Source: a virus. Taken from it: a stretch of 64,000 bases of DNA. The notes beneath the pieces were generated by a model. That model had not been told where the DNA came from and did no database searches. It saw only the letters and a program-made list of their open reading frames with translations. Location of the stretch: positions 94,022 through 158,021 of the IMG/VR virus record IMGVR_UViG_3300032291_003679. One strand, 5' to 3'. Positions 11,498 to 21,121 of the stretch are shown here, one piece after another. Numbering within the stretch: position 1 is the stretch's first letter; every line of letters begins with the position of its first letter. The translations under genes were made by a program, and so were the position numbers.

Positions 11498-12811
11498 ATG
11501 GCTGGAAAAGCTAACTGGGAAGAAGTCCTTGAATACCTCAGCCCCAAAATGCCTTCATTTTGTCCGGAGGAGCCATCTATAAACCAAAAAGTTTTCTTGA
11601 GAACCAATTCACTTGAGGGACTATTTGGTGGGGCTGCCGGTGGAGGCAAGTCCAGTGCTCTTTTGATGGCTGCACTGCAATACGTAGATGTCCCAGGGTA
11701 CTCTGCAATCCTTTTCCGTAGGACATTTGCGGACCTTTCGCTCCCTGGAGCTCTGATGGACCGCTTTAAGTCATGGATGAGCAACTACGACGATGTCCAC
11801 TGGAACAACAACACATTCGTTGCCACCTTCCCATCCGGTGCGCGTATTTCTTTCGGATACTTAAATAACGTTAATGACTATCTCCGCTACAAAGGTTCCG
11901 AATTTCAGTTCATAGGAATGGATGAGGTCACGGAAATCCGTGAATCTGACTACAGATACCTGTTCTCCCGTCTCCGCCGTCCTGCAAGCGGACCAATCGC
12001 CCAAGTCCCACTCAGAATGAGGGCTGCGTCAAACCCTGCCCCCAACTGGGTGCGTCAGCGCTTTATCGTGGAAGGCAAGGAGACTGGAAGGGTGTTTGTC
12101 CCATCTACGCTAAAAGACAACCCTGGAATTGACGCTGACTCATACCGACAGGCTCTGTCAGCCCTTGACCCAGTGGAAAGAAGAAGACTTGAAGAGGGCG
12201 ACTGGTGGTCAACCACCCTGGGCAGCCTGTTTGAGCGGGAATCTTTCATAATTATTGACGCCGACGAGATACCACTTATAACCAACTCAGCGAGAGTTGT
12301 CAGGTTCTGGGACCTTGCAGCCACCGAGCCTCACGCTGGCAACCCTGACCCTGACTGGACGGTTGGGACGCTCATGCTGTTTGACGGGGGGGTTTCCTAC
12401 ATTCTTGATGTTAGGAAGGCGCGCGTAAAAGGAGAAAAAGTAGAGCAATTAATCTCCGAGACCGCCGAAGATGACGGATACGGGGTTTCAATTAGAATGG
12501 AACAAGAACCCGGTTCTTCCGGAAAGGCCTTGGTTGACCAGTACGCCAGATACGTCGTTCCTGGGTATGACTTTGGCGCAATGAGGCCGACCGGAGACAA
12601 GGTGACAAGGGCTAGGCCGTTCGCCGCTGCTGCCGCCAACGGAAACGTTCGCCTGGTTCGTGCCCCTTGGCTCACTGACTGGCTGGACGAATTTTCTTCA
12701 TTTCCAGAAGCCGCGAACCACGACGACCAGGTTGACTCCGCTGTTGGAGCTTTTACTTTTTTGACTGGTTTGGGGTTGCCTCAACGCAAACGTGCTTCTA
12801 TAATTTTCTAA
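11498..12811 (+). CDS. terL: Terminase large subunit
   Basis: Walker A GGAAGGGKS, Walker B FIGMDE, ASNP, RNase-H-like nuclease motifs FWDLAA, DPDWT and HDDQVDS. Confidence 0.95.
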   Translation: MAGKANWEEVLEYLSPKMPSFCPEEPSINQKVFLRTNSLEGLFGGAAGGGKSSALLMAALQYVDVPGYSAILFRRTFADLSLPGALMDRFKSWMSNYDDVHWNNNTFVATFPSGARISFGYLNNVNDYLRYKGSEFQFIGMDEVTEIRESDYRYLFSRLRRPASGPIAQVPLRMRAASNPAPNWVRQRFIVEGKETGRVFVPSTLKDNPGIDADSYRQALSALDPVERRRLEEGDWWSTTLGSLFERESFIIIDADEIPLITNSARVVRFWDLAATEPHAGNPDPDWTVGTLMLFDGGVSYILDVRKARVKGEKVEQLISETAEDDGYGVSIRMEQEPGSSGKALVDQYARYVVPGYDFGAMRPTGDKVTRARPFAAAAANGNVRLVRAPWLTDWLDEFSSFPEAANHDDQVDSAVGAFTFLTGLGLPQRKRASIIF

Positions 12812-12848
12812 ACCATCACCAAACTAGACTTACAAAGAGGTACTACTA

Positions 12849-13343
12849 ATGAGCTTGGGTAGAATCCAAGAACTCCGTTCCGCCATCATGGAACTAGACA
12901 AAGATATTTCTTCTTTCCTAAAGGAAGCGCCAAGTGCAGAAGAAGCCGGTACAGCTCTCGCTGAGCTGAACTTTTTAAAGCGAGACATTTCTCTCGTTTA
13001 CGACATATTCGCTGGAGCTCTTTCAGAAATTATGGGACCAGTAGAATCGTTGCATCTTTCAGATGGAACAACTATTGAAAAGAAGTCTTCCTATGACCGA
13101 AAAGGCTGGAAGCATGCAGACCTCGGTTCTGCGGTCGCAGAACGCCTCGTAAAGATGTCTATCGACATGGACACGGGGGAAGTAACCAAGTCTCCGAAAG
13201 AAATAGCACAAGAGATGCTTTCATATTGTGCTCCTTCTTATTGGAGAATCAAAGAACTTAACAAAATTGGCTTGAATGCAGATAACTTCAGTGAAGTTGG
13301 AGAACTCAAGACCAGCATCATCGTCCGTAAACCAAAGTCATAA
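12849..13343 (+). CDS. Hypothetical protein (recombination module)
   Basis: Clean ORF with AGAGG RBS, adjacent to the Rad52-like gene. Confidence 0.7.
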   Translation: MSLGRIQELRSAIMELDKDISSFLKEAPSAEEAGTALAELNFLKRDISLVYDIFAGALSEIMGPVESLHLSDGTTIEKKSSYDRKGWKHADLGSAVAERLVKMSIDMDTGEVTKSPKEIAQEMLSYCAPSYWRIKELNKIGLNADNFSEVGELKTSIIVRKPKS

Positions 13344-13357
13344 ATCGAGGAGAGAAC

Positions 13358-14038
13358 ATGACACAGAACAGCCAAGACATTGCCCGCCAGCTCGCAGAGC
13401 CATTTCCAGAAGAAATGGAAAAGACTCTCGTCAAGAGTGGCGTTTCTCTTATTTACCTTCCAATTAGCGAAGTGATTAATCGACTTAACAAAGTTCTCGG
13501 TGTAGAGAACTGGTCTTTTGAAATCATCTCAGTACGTCGTGACGAGGTGGACGTTGACGAAATAATCGCGCACGTTTCACTGTCTGCTGAAATCGATGGC
13601 AAATCTATTGTTAAGCATGGATTTGGTGGCCAGACAGTCAAGCGCCAAAGAAAAGACAACAAGCCTGTCGACCTTGGCAACGACTTCAAGGGAGCAGTAT
13701 CTGACGCCCTCAAGAAAGCCGCTCAACAGTTAGGCATCGGTCTATATCTTGCTCGGTCTGCAGACGCGATGGATGCCGAGGACGCAATTCATTCTGCTCC
13801 ACAGCAACCCGAGCAACCATCGGAGATTGACGAAAGATGGAACAACTTTGTATCTGTTACAAAAACACTCACACAAGAGCAAAAAGACTCTTTGAACGAT
13901 TTTTGGGCAAAGCATTCTGGCGGCAAACCAAAGCCAACACGTGCCACAGCAACAGAAGATGACATTGATGTCCTTGTTGTTGAAGCAATGCGACTTTCGT
14001 TCGGTGCAACTCTTGTAGAGCCAACAGATGGCAAGTGA
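13358..14038 (+). CDS. Rad52/Rad22-family (Sak-like) ssDNA annealing protein
   Basis: LAEPFP...YLPISEVINRLNKVLGVENWSF...KGAVSDALKKAAQQLGIGLYL. Confidence 0.85.
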   Translation: MTQNSQDIARQLAEPFPEEMEKTLVKSGVSLIYLPISEVINRLNKVLGVENWSFEIISVRRDEVDVDEIIAHVSLSAEIDGKSIVKHGFGGQTVKRQRKDNKPVDLGNDFKGAVSDALKKAAQQLGIGLYLARSADAMDAEDAIHSAPQQPEQPSEIDERWNNFVSVTKTLTQEQKDSLNDFWAKHSGGKPKPTRATATEDDIDVLVVEAMRLSFGATLVEPTDGK

Positions 14039-14810
14039 TGAGCCAGTGGTTCTTGTAGCCCCAGATAGGCTTTCGCCGTCTTCCATATCAACGTTTCAGC
14101 AATGTCCACTGAAGTTTAAATTCAGCAAAATTGACGGACTTCGTGATGCCCCAACAGAAGCAACAATGCTGGGAAATTTCGTTCATGAGATTCTAGAAGT
14201 AATGTATGCACTTCCTGCTGAACAGCGGACGCAGGACACGGCCCGCGCTTTGGCTCGTGACTTGTGGTCTTCTAAGTGGGAGGAACAGGTCACAACGCTG
14301 ATTCACACAGAGAAAGAATTAAAACTCTTCAGATGGACGGCATGGTGGTGTGTAGAGAATCTATGGAACCTTGAGGAACCCAAAGAAGTCGAACCTTATT
14401 CGATAGAAGAGCATGTAGAGGGAGAGATTTCTGGGATTAAGCTTCACGGCTTCATAGACAGATTGCACTTCTCTGACGGAGTAGCAAAGGTGTCTGACTA
14501 CAAGACAGGCAAGACACCTAAAAAGAACTACATCGATGACAAGTTCTTTCAGTTAATTATCTACACTCAGCTTTTAGAGAGCGCCGGGATTAATGCGGAC
14601 AAAATTGAAGTCGAGCTTCTTTACCTGAAAGACGGAGTCAGGTTCGCAAAAGAAATTACAAAAGAAGATGTGGCCAAGGTCGCATCCGTGATTGCTGAAG
14701 TAAGAGAAGGCATAGAGAAGAGATGCGAGGAAGGGTATTTTGAGCCGAACAAGTCAATCTTATGCAACTGGTGCGGATTCAAGTCAATTTGTCCAGCATG
14801 GCAAAAGTAA
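14028..14810 (+). CDS. RecB/AddB/Cas4-like PD-(D/E)XK exonuclease with Fe-S staple cysteines
   Basis: LSPSSISTFQQCP, GNFVHEILE, GFIDRL, DYKTGK, QLIIY, CNWCGFKSICP. Confidence 0.88.
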   Translation: MASDEPVVLVAPDRLSPSSISTFQQCPLKFKFSKIDGLRDAPTEATMLGNFVHEILEVMYALPAEQRTQDTARALARDLWSSKWEEQVTTLIHTEKELKLFRWTAWWCVENLWNLEEPKEVEPYSIEEHVEGEISGIKLHGFIDRLHFSDGVAKVSDYKTGKTPKKNYIDDKFFQLIIYTQLLESAGINADKIEVELLYLKDGVRFAKEITKEDVAKVASVIAEVREGIEKRCEEGYFEPNKSILCNWCGFKSICPAWQK

Positions 14811-14820
14811 GGGTTCATCT

Positions 14821-15336
14821 GTGAGCCCTAAATGGAATGATGACATCTTCGCACGTACAGTTGCAGAAGAGGTAAAGAATAAAGTTACCCCTATTGAAAG
14901 AGATGAGCTACGTCGCCCAGAGAACTGGGACAGATGGAAGCGCGCTCTTGTTGCTTTGTCGGATAATCTGCAAAACCAGATTGAGCTAATTGAAGAAGAC
15001 AACGAGTCGGACCAAAGACGCTATTCTTCGCTTGGGTCAAAAGGCAATAAGTTGACAACTGAAACTCGTCGCTACTATGACGAGAAAGCAACCAAGATTA
15101 AAAGATTCAAATATCACGTAGACAGAAGACTTGATGAGGTCTGCGTAATGATTGAAACTGGAGAGGCCACACAGAGTGACGGATGGAAAGAGGTCGACTT
15201 TTACCGTAGAGCGATAATTGCGCACCGCAACATGCTCCGAGACTTTGACCTAGAGGATACAGCGATTGACCGCTCCCTCTGGGATTGCCTTGACGGTAAA
15301 TGGACCTTTGATTCTATTAACAACGACAACTTGTGA
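14821..15336 (+). CDS. Hypothetical coiled-coil protein
   Basis: ORF in the operon; probable GTG start at 14821 after AAGGG (the track extends it to 14740). Confidence 0.65.
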   Translation: MSPKWNDDIFARTVAEEVKNKVTPIERDELRRPENWDRWKRALVALSDNLQNQIELIEEDNESDQRRYSSLGSKGNKLTTETRRYYDEKATKIKRFKYHVDRRLDEVCVMIETGEATQSDGWKEVDFYRRAIIAHRNMLRDFDLEDTAIDRSLWDCLDGKWTFDSINNDNL

Positions 15337-15353
15337 TGTAGTCTTGCGCTTAG

Positions 15354-15707
15354 ATGGAGCGTAAAAAACCAATTAAGCGGACACCAATTAAGCGTAGTTC
15401 AGCGCCAATAGCGAAGCGCAGCAAAAAAACCGAGAAAGCTTATGTTGAGCGTCGTAAAATAGTTGCTGAGATGCTCGCCGAGTTCCCGCTTTGTTTTGCT
15501 TGTCCAATATTTGCAAAACACGACGGCTTGTCAACGTTTATTCATAAGAACAGTGTTGACATTCATGAACTAATAAGAAGGTCACAGGGTGGCTCTATTT
15601 TGGACAGAGATAATCTTGTTTCAGTCTGTAGACAATGCCATACGCGAATAGGAAATGAGCCATCTTTGGCTTTTTCACTAGGACTCGCAAAACATTCTTG
15701 GGATTGA
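15354..15707 (+). CDS. HNH endonuclease
   Basis: CFAC...DIHELIRRSQGG...NLVSVCRQCH; basic N-terminus. Confidence 0.8.
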   Translation: MERKKPIKRTPIKRSSAPIAKRSKKTEKAYVERRKIVAEMLAEFPLCFACPIFAKHDGLSTFIHKNSVDIHELIRRSQGGSILDRDNLVSVCRQCHTRIGNEPSLAFSLGLAKHSWD

Positions 15708-15756
15708 GTGTATTATTTAATCATTCCTAGATATCGCTACCTGGGGACAGTATAGG

Positions 15757-15806
15757 TACAAGGGCGGGCAGGCGCATAATTTGACGACTGCCCGCCTTTG
15801 TATTTG
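15757..15806 (+). terminator. Strong hairpin, terminator-like
   Basis: TACAAGGGCGGGCAG-N16-CTGCCCGCCTTTGTA followed by TTT. Confidence 0.6.
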
Positions 15807-15821
15807 CTATAGTCACTGCTT

Positions 15822-16349
15822 GTGAATATTCTTGGGTTAGACCTATCTTTGACGTCTACCGGGTATTCATTTCATGGGAATACTGGAATATTTTCAACGA
15901 AAGCCAAAGGACCAGAGAGGCTTTCTACGATAAACAAACTCGTATTGCAGTTTTGTCTTGACAACGGTGTTGAGTGCGTTGTCATTGAGGGCTACTCATT
16001 TGCTTCACGAAACTCACAGGCCCACAGCATTGGTGAACTTGGAGGATGTATACGCATGACCTTGTGGGAGTGCAATATTCCGTACATCGAGGTCCCACCA
16101 AGATGTAGGGCAAAATTTGCTACAGGCAAGGGGAATGCTGGCAAAACAGAGGTCATATCGTCCATCTCATCAAAGACTGGCCTTGTGTTCTCTGGTGCTG
16201 GAGCAGATGATGAATGTGATGCGTGGGTTCTTGAGCAGATGGGCCTTACTTATCTTGGAGAGTCGACACAATCTTGGACAAAAGAGCAACTTGAGGCTTT
16301 AACGAAAGTAGACTGGTCGCAAATAGACACAATGAGGGGAACCGCTTAA
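15822..16349 (+). CDS. RuvC-like Holliday junction resolvase
   Basis: ILGLDLSLTSTG, VVIEGYSF, IGELGG, KFATGKGNAGKTEV, DDECDA. Confidence 0.88.
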   Translation: MNILGLDLSLTSTGYSFHGNTGIFSTKAKGPERLSTINKLVLQFCLDNGVECVVIEGYSFASRNSQAHSIGELGGCIRMTLWECNIPYIEVPPRCRAKFATGKGNAGKTEVISSISSKTGLVFSGAGADDECDAWVLEQMGLTYLGESTQSWTKEQLEALTKVDWSQIDTMRGTA

Positions 16350-16685
16350 ATGAGAACCACACCGATTAGCCAGGTAGATATTGAGCAAGAATTACTACGC
16401 TTGATGGATACCTTAGAAAATGAAACAGAGCAATTTGAGTCACTATCTATGGATATGGCAAAAAAAGAAGCTGTCTATAAAGCAAACTGGGCTCGTGAAT
16501 ACTTATCAGCTAAGGGCTCTATTAAAGAGCGTGAAGCTTGGGCTGACTACAAACTTGACCAAGAATTGTTTGAGTACAAGTGTGCTGAAGCTCTTGTAAA
16601 GGCAAAAAGAGAAAAACTTCTTTCTGTTCGCTCATCGATGGACGCAATAAGAACACTAAACGCAAACGTAAGAACGCAGGTATAG
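16350..16685 (+). CDS. Small helical protein, possibly a UvsY-like recombination mediator
   Basis: Coiled-coil pattern and recombination context; the family call is tentative. Confidence 0.5.
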   Translation: MRTTPISQVDIEQELLRLMDTLENETEQFESLSMDMAKKEAVYKANWAREYLSAKGSIKEREAWADYKLDQELFEYKCAEALVKAKREKLLSVRSSMDAIRTLNANVRTQV

Positions 16686-16687
16686 AG

Positions 16688-17566
16688 ATGCCTAATGGGA
16701 TACATGAATCACTACTTCAGCTGGCTGTGGATGTTGACATCCTTGTCCCACTAGACAACAACCCGCGTCGTGGCGATGTTGCCGCAATCATGTCCTCATA
16801 CAAAGAGTTTGGGCAGATTAAGCCAATCGTAATAAGACCAAATGATGACGGAACAGCAACAGTCATAGCAGGAAACCACCAACTGCAGGCTGCTAAGAAT
16901 CTTGGATGGGACAAGATTGCTGCCGTACCTTATGAGGTTGACGGAGAACGGGCTATCGCCTTTGCAATTGCCGACAACAGAACAATGGAGCTTGGTTATA
17001 CGGAGCCGGAACTTCTCAACGAAGTAATTCTTGAATTAGCTGATGTCTATCCAGAACTAATGACTGGTCTTGGGTGGGACGAATTCTCAACGGCAGAAAT
17101 TGAACAGAAAGTTATTCGTCAAGATAACCGAATAGTTGAACCGGGTGCTGGATTTATAGCCCCTGTTATGTCCGGCAATTCAGGCAATGGATTTACTTCA
17201 GGGGAAGCAAGATTTGACAGATACGAAGACTATGAAGAAAATGACGAAGAATACAACGCTCCATCTGCTGAACGACCAGGTTTGGATAGAAATGCTGTTT
17301 CGGTCACGCAAACAGAAGACGGCAAGCAGAGAATAGGCATAATGCCAGGGATGGACCAAAATGATGCTGTCATCCGTGGGTCTACAACCGTGGCTCCAGG
17401 TTCTGCGCCTCAGGCTGTTGTCCAATATACGCTAGTCTTTGATAACACCGCACAGCAGGCTAGGTGGTATGAATTCGTCAAGTGGCTTCGCTCAGACCCA
17501 GCCGTAGTCGGAACTACTACAGCAGAAAAATTAATCGACTTCATCAATCAACACATAGAGATTTAA
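16688..17566 (+). CDS. ParB/Srx N-terminal domain protein
   Basis: NNPRRGD, FGQIKPIVI, VIAGNHQLQAAKNLGW, AIADNRT. Confidence 0.85.
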   Translation: MPNGIHESLLQLAVDVDILVPLDNNPRRGDVAAIMSSYKEFGQIKPIVIRPNDDGTATVIAGNHQLQAAKNLGWDKIAAVPYEVDGERAIAFAIADNRTMELGYTEPELLNEVILELADVYPELMTGLGWDEFSTAEIEQKVIRQDNRIVEPGAGFIAPVMSGNSGNGFTSGEARFDRYEDYEENDEEYNAPSAERPGLDRNAVSVTQTEDGKQRIGIMPGMDQNDAVIRGSTTVAPGSAPQAVVQYTLVFDNTAQQARWYEFVKWLRSDPAVVGTTTAEKLIDFINQHIEI

Positions 17567-17567
17567 C

Positions 17568-17768
17568 ATGGACCCAATAGAACAAAAATGCAGATACCTT
17601 CTTGGCAGAGGACGCATTTCAGCAAATGAATGTGCCGAGGTTTTGAATGTTCTTGATATAAGAATTTCAGAAGCCACGCACTGGAAAGAAATAGCCGAAA
17701 AAGCGCTAAATGAAAACAATGAACTGAGAGCTGAAGTAGCACGCTTGAGTCAAATAGCGCGGTACTAA
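17568..17768 (+). CDS. Small hypothetical coiled-coil protein
   Basis: Fills the gap exactly, with 1-nt spacing on both sides. Confidence 0.6.
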   Translation: MDPIEQKCRYLLGRGRISANECAEVLNVLDIRISEATHWKEIAEKALNENNELRAEVARLSQIARY

Positions 17769-17769
17769 A

Positions 17770-18909
17770 GTGACCCGTCAACGTCTATTCCTAGACATGA
17801 GTTGCGTAGAAGCTGCTCGCCAAAGAATTCGCCACGTTTATGACACATTCGATACTGTCTGTGTTCAGTTTTCTGGTGGTAAAGACTCTACGGCGGTCCT
17901 TTTGCTTGCCAAAGAAGTGCACGAAGAAAGGGGCCTCGGTCCTGTAAAGGTTATTTTCCGTGACGAAGAGATGGTTAGCCCTGTGGTGGCGGACTATGTC
18001 GAGCGAGTAAGAAATTATGACTGGGTCGACATGGAATGGTATTGCCTTCCGTATCCGGCAGAAATATGGGTGCTCGGCTACAGAATAACTACATTGCTTT
18101 GGAGCCAGGAGCGCTTTGAGCAAGACAGATGGATACGCCCAATGCCATCGTGGGCAATAAGCGGAAAACATTTTGGACTGAGCCACAGTGTTTCCTTGCC
18201 TGAGCAAACTGACTACTACACAATGCAAGGGAAGAAGGGAAACGTTGCCTTCCTCACCGGAGTACGAGCAAGTGAATCAATGGTTCGCTATAGGTCGATA
18301 GTTCAGAAACTTCACGAGAACTACATAAATACTCCATACAAACTAAAAAAGGGAATACCTCTTAAGTTTGCAAAAGTAATTTACGACTGGAACACAAATG
18401 ATGTGTTTAAGTTCATCATTGAAGAGCATGGCGCTGAATATTGTGAGTACTACGACCTTGCCGCCCTAACTGGAAGCAATACAAGAGTTGGAATACCACT
18501 GCATGCTACGGCAATTAGAAGAATCGGTGACGTTATAGCAACTGAGCCAGAGTTTTATGACAGACTTTTTGAATGCTTCCCGTACATTGACGCACAGCGC
18601 AGACTGTGGCCTGAATTTGACTCAGAACAATTAATCGAAAGCTATGCCCGTTTTGGTTTTGATGGCGCATCAAGTTTTATAGACGAGTATCTGGTTGGGG
18701 ATAGGCGCAAGACCGAAGCAAAAGCATATGTTTCTAAATTCAGAAAAAAACACCTGACCGACCCTCATGGGTATCCAGTTAGTTGGTTAATCAGAAACCT
18801 AATGCTCAATGATATTGACGTAAACTCACCGACGCCAGTGGGGCCAAAAACAAAAGCTCACGCAGTTAGGGCTGTGGAGATGGAAAGAGCCGACATCTAT
18901 GAATATTAA
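17770..18909 (+). CDS. PAPS-reductase-family PP-loop protein (IbrA-like)
   Basis: FSGGKDS, FRDEE, WYCLP, TGVRASESMVR, IYDWNTNDVF. Confidence 0.85.
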   Translation: MTRQRLFLDMSCVEAARQRIRHVYDTFDTVCVQFSGGKDSTAVLLLAKEVHEERGLGPVKVIFRDEEMVSPVVADYVERVRNYDWVDMEWYCLPYPAEIWVLGYRITTLLWSQERFEQDRWIRPMPSWAISGKHFGLSHSVSLPEQTDYYTMQGKKGNVAFLTGVRASESMVRYRSIVQKLHENYINTPYKLKKGIPLKFAKVIYDWNTNDVFKFIIEEHGAEYCEYYDLAALTGSNTRVGIPLHATAIRRIGDVIATEPEFYDRLFECFPYIDAQRRLWPEFDSEQLIESYARFGFDGASSFIDEYLVGDRRKTEAKAYVSKFRKKHLTDPHGYPVSWLIRNLMLNDIDVNSPTPVGPKTKAHAVRAVEMERADIYEY

Positions 18910-19456
18910 TATTGAGTACGTAGACCCATCGGTCTTGTCAGTTCCTGAATGGAAAGCGACATATACGCTTCGGCCAGAGATGTTAGTTATTTCAGCATCG
19001 CTTTCCCAGTTTGGCTTTATCCAACCAATTCATGTGCGAAAAGCAACGGGGGAGATTATTGACGGTTCAGAAAGATTCCTATTAGCAACAAGCATCCCGC
19101 AGATACTAAGAAAAAGCTCTGGGTTGATTCCCGTTGTCTTTCACGACGTAGACCACATTGACGCAATGCTTATGCACTTGAGACTAAATAGAGGACATTC
19201 TCAAGTAATTGCTCAAAAAACCTCAAACATTGTCAGGGCAGTTAAGCGTTCTGGAAAGTATGGAGTGTCTGATTTTGAAGACATGCTGTGCATGAGGTCT
19301 GAGGAATTGTCAATAATGCTTGACGGAAGCCTGCTGAAAACACGCAAATTAAAGGAACACAACTACGCCAGGGCATGGATTCCTATTGAGGCACCGCCGG
19401 GTTCCGTAGGAGAAGAATCTTTTTCCATAGAAAGACCTCCTAATCCTGACAGATAA
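18899..19456 (+). CDS. ParB-like protein (IbrB-like), degenerate
   Basis: FGFIQPIHV, IIDGSERF, RLNRGH; overlaps the IbrA-like gene. Confidence 0.75.
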   Translation: MNINIEYVDPSVLSVPEWKATYTLRPEMLVISASLSQFGFIQPIHVRKATGEIIDGSERFLLATSIPQILRKSSGLIPVVFHDVDHIDAMLMHLRLNRGHSQVIAQKTSNIVRAVKRSGKYGVSDFEDMLCMRSEELSIMLDGSLLKTRKLKEHNYARAWIPIEAPPGSVGEESFSIERPPNPDR

Positions 19457-19502
19457 ATAAAACTCTTTTCTGGTATATTTATAAAAAGACTAGAGGAGCA
19501 TT

Positions 19503-20285
19503 ATGCCCGGAGTACGCTACGGCCCAGACATTTCAGACGACGCTGCCTTCATTCTTGATTCTGTTAAAGAGTTGCAGGCAAAATTGCGTAAAGGTTTGAC
19601 CCTAAGCAAGGACCGCAAGGGCAAAGCTGGTGAAGCTACTAAGCTTGCGCAGTACAAGAAACTTGCAAAAGATATCTTCGGCGTAAGCGAAAAAGATTTT
19701 GATAGAGGAAGATTTGGAGACCTTGCCACTATGGCAACATATGGTGGCTCTAAGTCTCGAAGCAAACTTGCAAAGAGCTGGAGAACTGGTGGACAGATGA
19801 AGAAGTCTGTTACCCAGGAATTTGTCGACAGAGGCGTACCTGGTGGAAGAAGAGCTGGAAGTACTAAAACTCCAGACACAGCATGGTACCTTGGACGAAC
19901 CAGACCGAAGAAGTTCAGAGAAGTTGAAGGCCGAATTCAGCGCCGTTTAAACCGCAACGGGACATCTTACAATGGCGTAAGCGTGCCTCCACGAGGTGCT
20001 AAGCCAGACAATTTCCTCGCTGCAGTGGACTCTTTGAATATCACTCGTGCGCGAGGAAAGACAAACACGCCAGCTACCAGCGATATAGCTAACAGACCTC
20101 TCGGAGTAAGCAGAGGCGCAAGACCCGGAAGTTCAATCCGCCCTCCTTTGCCAAAAAGCGCTATAGCCGCAGAAAAGCGCAGAAGAGCACAGTCAGGTAC
20201 AAAGAAAGCGCGAGAGCTTGCCGGCAAGGGTAAAGGTAAAAGCGGCGGAAAGCCGAAGACACCAAAGAAGCCTAAGAAGGCATAA
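19503..20285 (+). CDS. Highly basic K/R/G/P-rich protein
   Basis: GAGGAG RBS, upstream TGgTATATT; composition. Confidence 0.75.
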   Translation: MPGVRYGPDISDDAAFILDSVKELQAKLRKGLTLSKDRKGKAGEATKLAQYKKLAKDIFGVSEKDFDRGRFGDLATMATYGGSKSRSKLAKSWRTGGQMKKSVTQEFVDRGVPGGRRAGSTKTPDTAWYLGRTRPKKFREVEGRIQRRLNRNGTSYNGVSVPPRGAKPDNFLAAVDSLNITRARGKTNTPATSDIANRPLGVSRGARPGSSIRPPLPKSAIAAEKRRRAQSGTKKARELAGKGKGKSGGKPKTPKKPKKA

Positions 20286-20289
20286 AAGA

Positions 20290-20703
20290 CTACCTCTCGG
20301 TAATCTTTAACATCTTCTTCTCGTGTAGCCCGAATCCAGAGTCGAGCTCAATAGGGTCGATTATGTCCTCATAAAAGATGTGCCCATCCATGCCTGAATC
20401 TTCTTTTATTAAGAAGTCCTTTACTGAAGCATGTGGTTCAAAAACAGCAACGTAACGGCCGTTTTCGTCTTTCCCAACAATGTCTATATTTGTAGAGGAA
20501 AACGCAGCAACTGTTACTCTCCACAGAAAATCGGTGAACTCTTCGAGCTCTTCGCCGTCCATGTCTCCTTGCTCTTCTTCAAAATAGAAAAACAACACTT
20601 CAAGGGCGTTTCTCAGGACATCTACGTTGGCTGCCCTTTTGTCTTCAGGATTAGAAAAAAAGTTTACTAAAATCTGTTCTTGAATATTGTTTTTTGTTGT
20701 CAT
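20290..20703 (-). CDS. Acidic hypothetical protein (paralog of the downstream-coordinate neighbour)
   Basis: Shares the DIVG..E.G.YVA.F.P motif with 20700-21002. Confidence 0.7.
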   Translation of the reverse strand: MTTKNNIQEQILVNFFSNPEDKRAANVDVLRNALEVLFFYFEEEQGDMDGEELEEFTDFLWRVTVAAFSSTNIDIVGKDENGRYVAVFEPHASVKDFLIKEDSGMDGHIFYEDIIDPIELDSGFGLHEKKMLKITER

Positions 20704-21002
20704 TGCATATTTCTTTCTTTACCGAAGTGTTCCAGTGACTTATAAGGCTTAAATCTAGCGACATAATCACCTTCTGAGTTCGTACCGACGATATCCATAC
20801 CTGCAACGGCCATAAGAACTGTTGCTATTCCAAAAGAGTCATCAATCAGTTCATCCACCTCTGACTCGCTCATTGGCTCGTCGTCTGCCATGAATACGAC
20901 AAAAAGTATTCTGGCAACCCTTTCCAAGATTTCTCTATTTGCATCAACCTTTTCTTGTTGAGAAAATTTAATAGTTGGAGCAAATAACTGTTCAGATGAC
21001 AT
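20700..21002 (-). CDS. Acidic hypothetical protein (paralog of 20290-20703)
   Basis: ATG at 21002 with TAAATT 6 nt upstream; ATGA overlap with the next gene. Confidence 0.7.
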   Translation of the reverse strand: MSSEQLFAPTIKFSQQEKVDANREILERVARILFVVFMADDEPMSESEVDELIDDSFGIATVLMAVAGMDIVGTNSEGDYVARFKPYKSLEHFGKERNMQ

Positions 21003-21121
21003 AACCAAAATTTACACCCTATTGGTGTCTGGGTCAATGCTCGTCTCCCCCTGCAGACATACTTGGTGTTAGAATTTGATACCGCATTTATTTGCGAAAT
21101 CGCTTTATCACTGGAGTAGCC

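Noticed and set aside
14028-14810. Cas4-like nuclease as evidence of a CRISPR system
   Set aside because: No array or other cas genes; it sits beside a Rad52-like annealase as a recombination exonuclease
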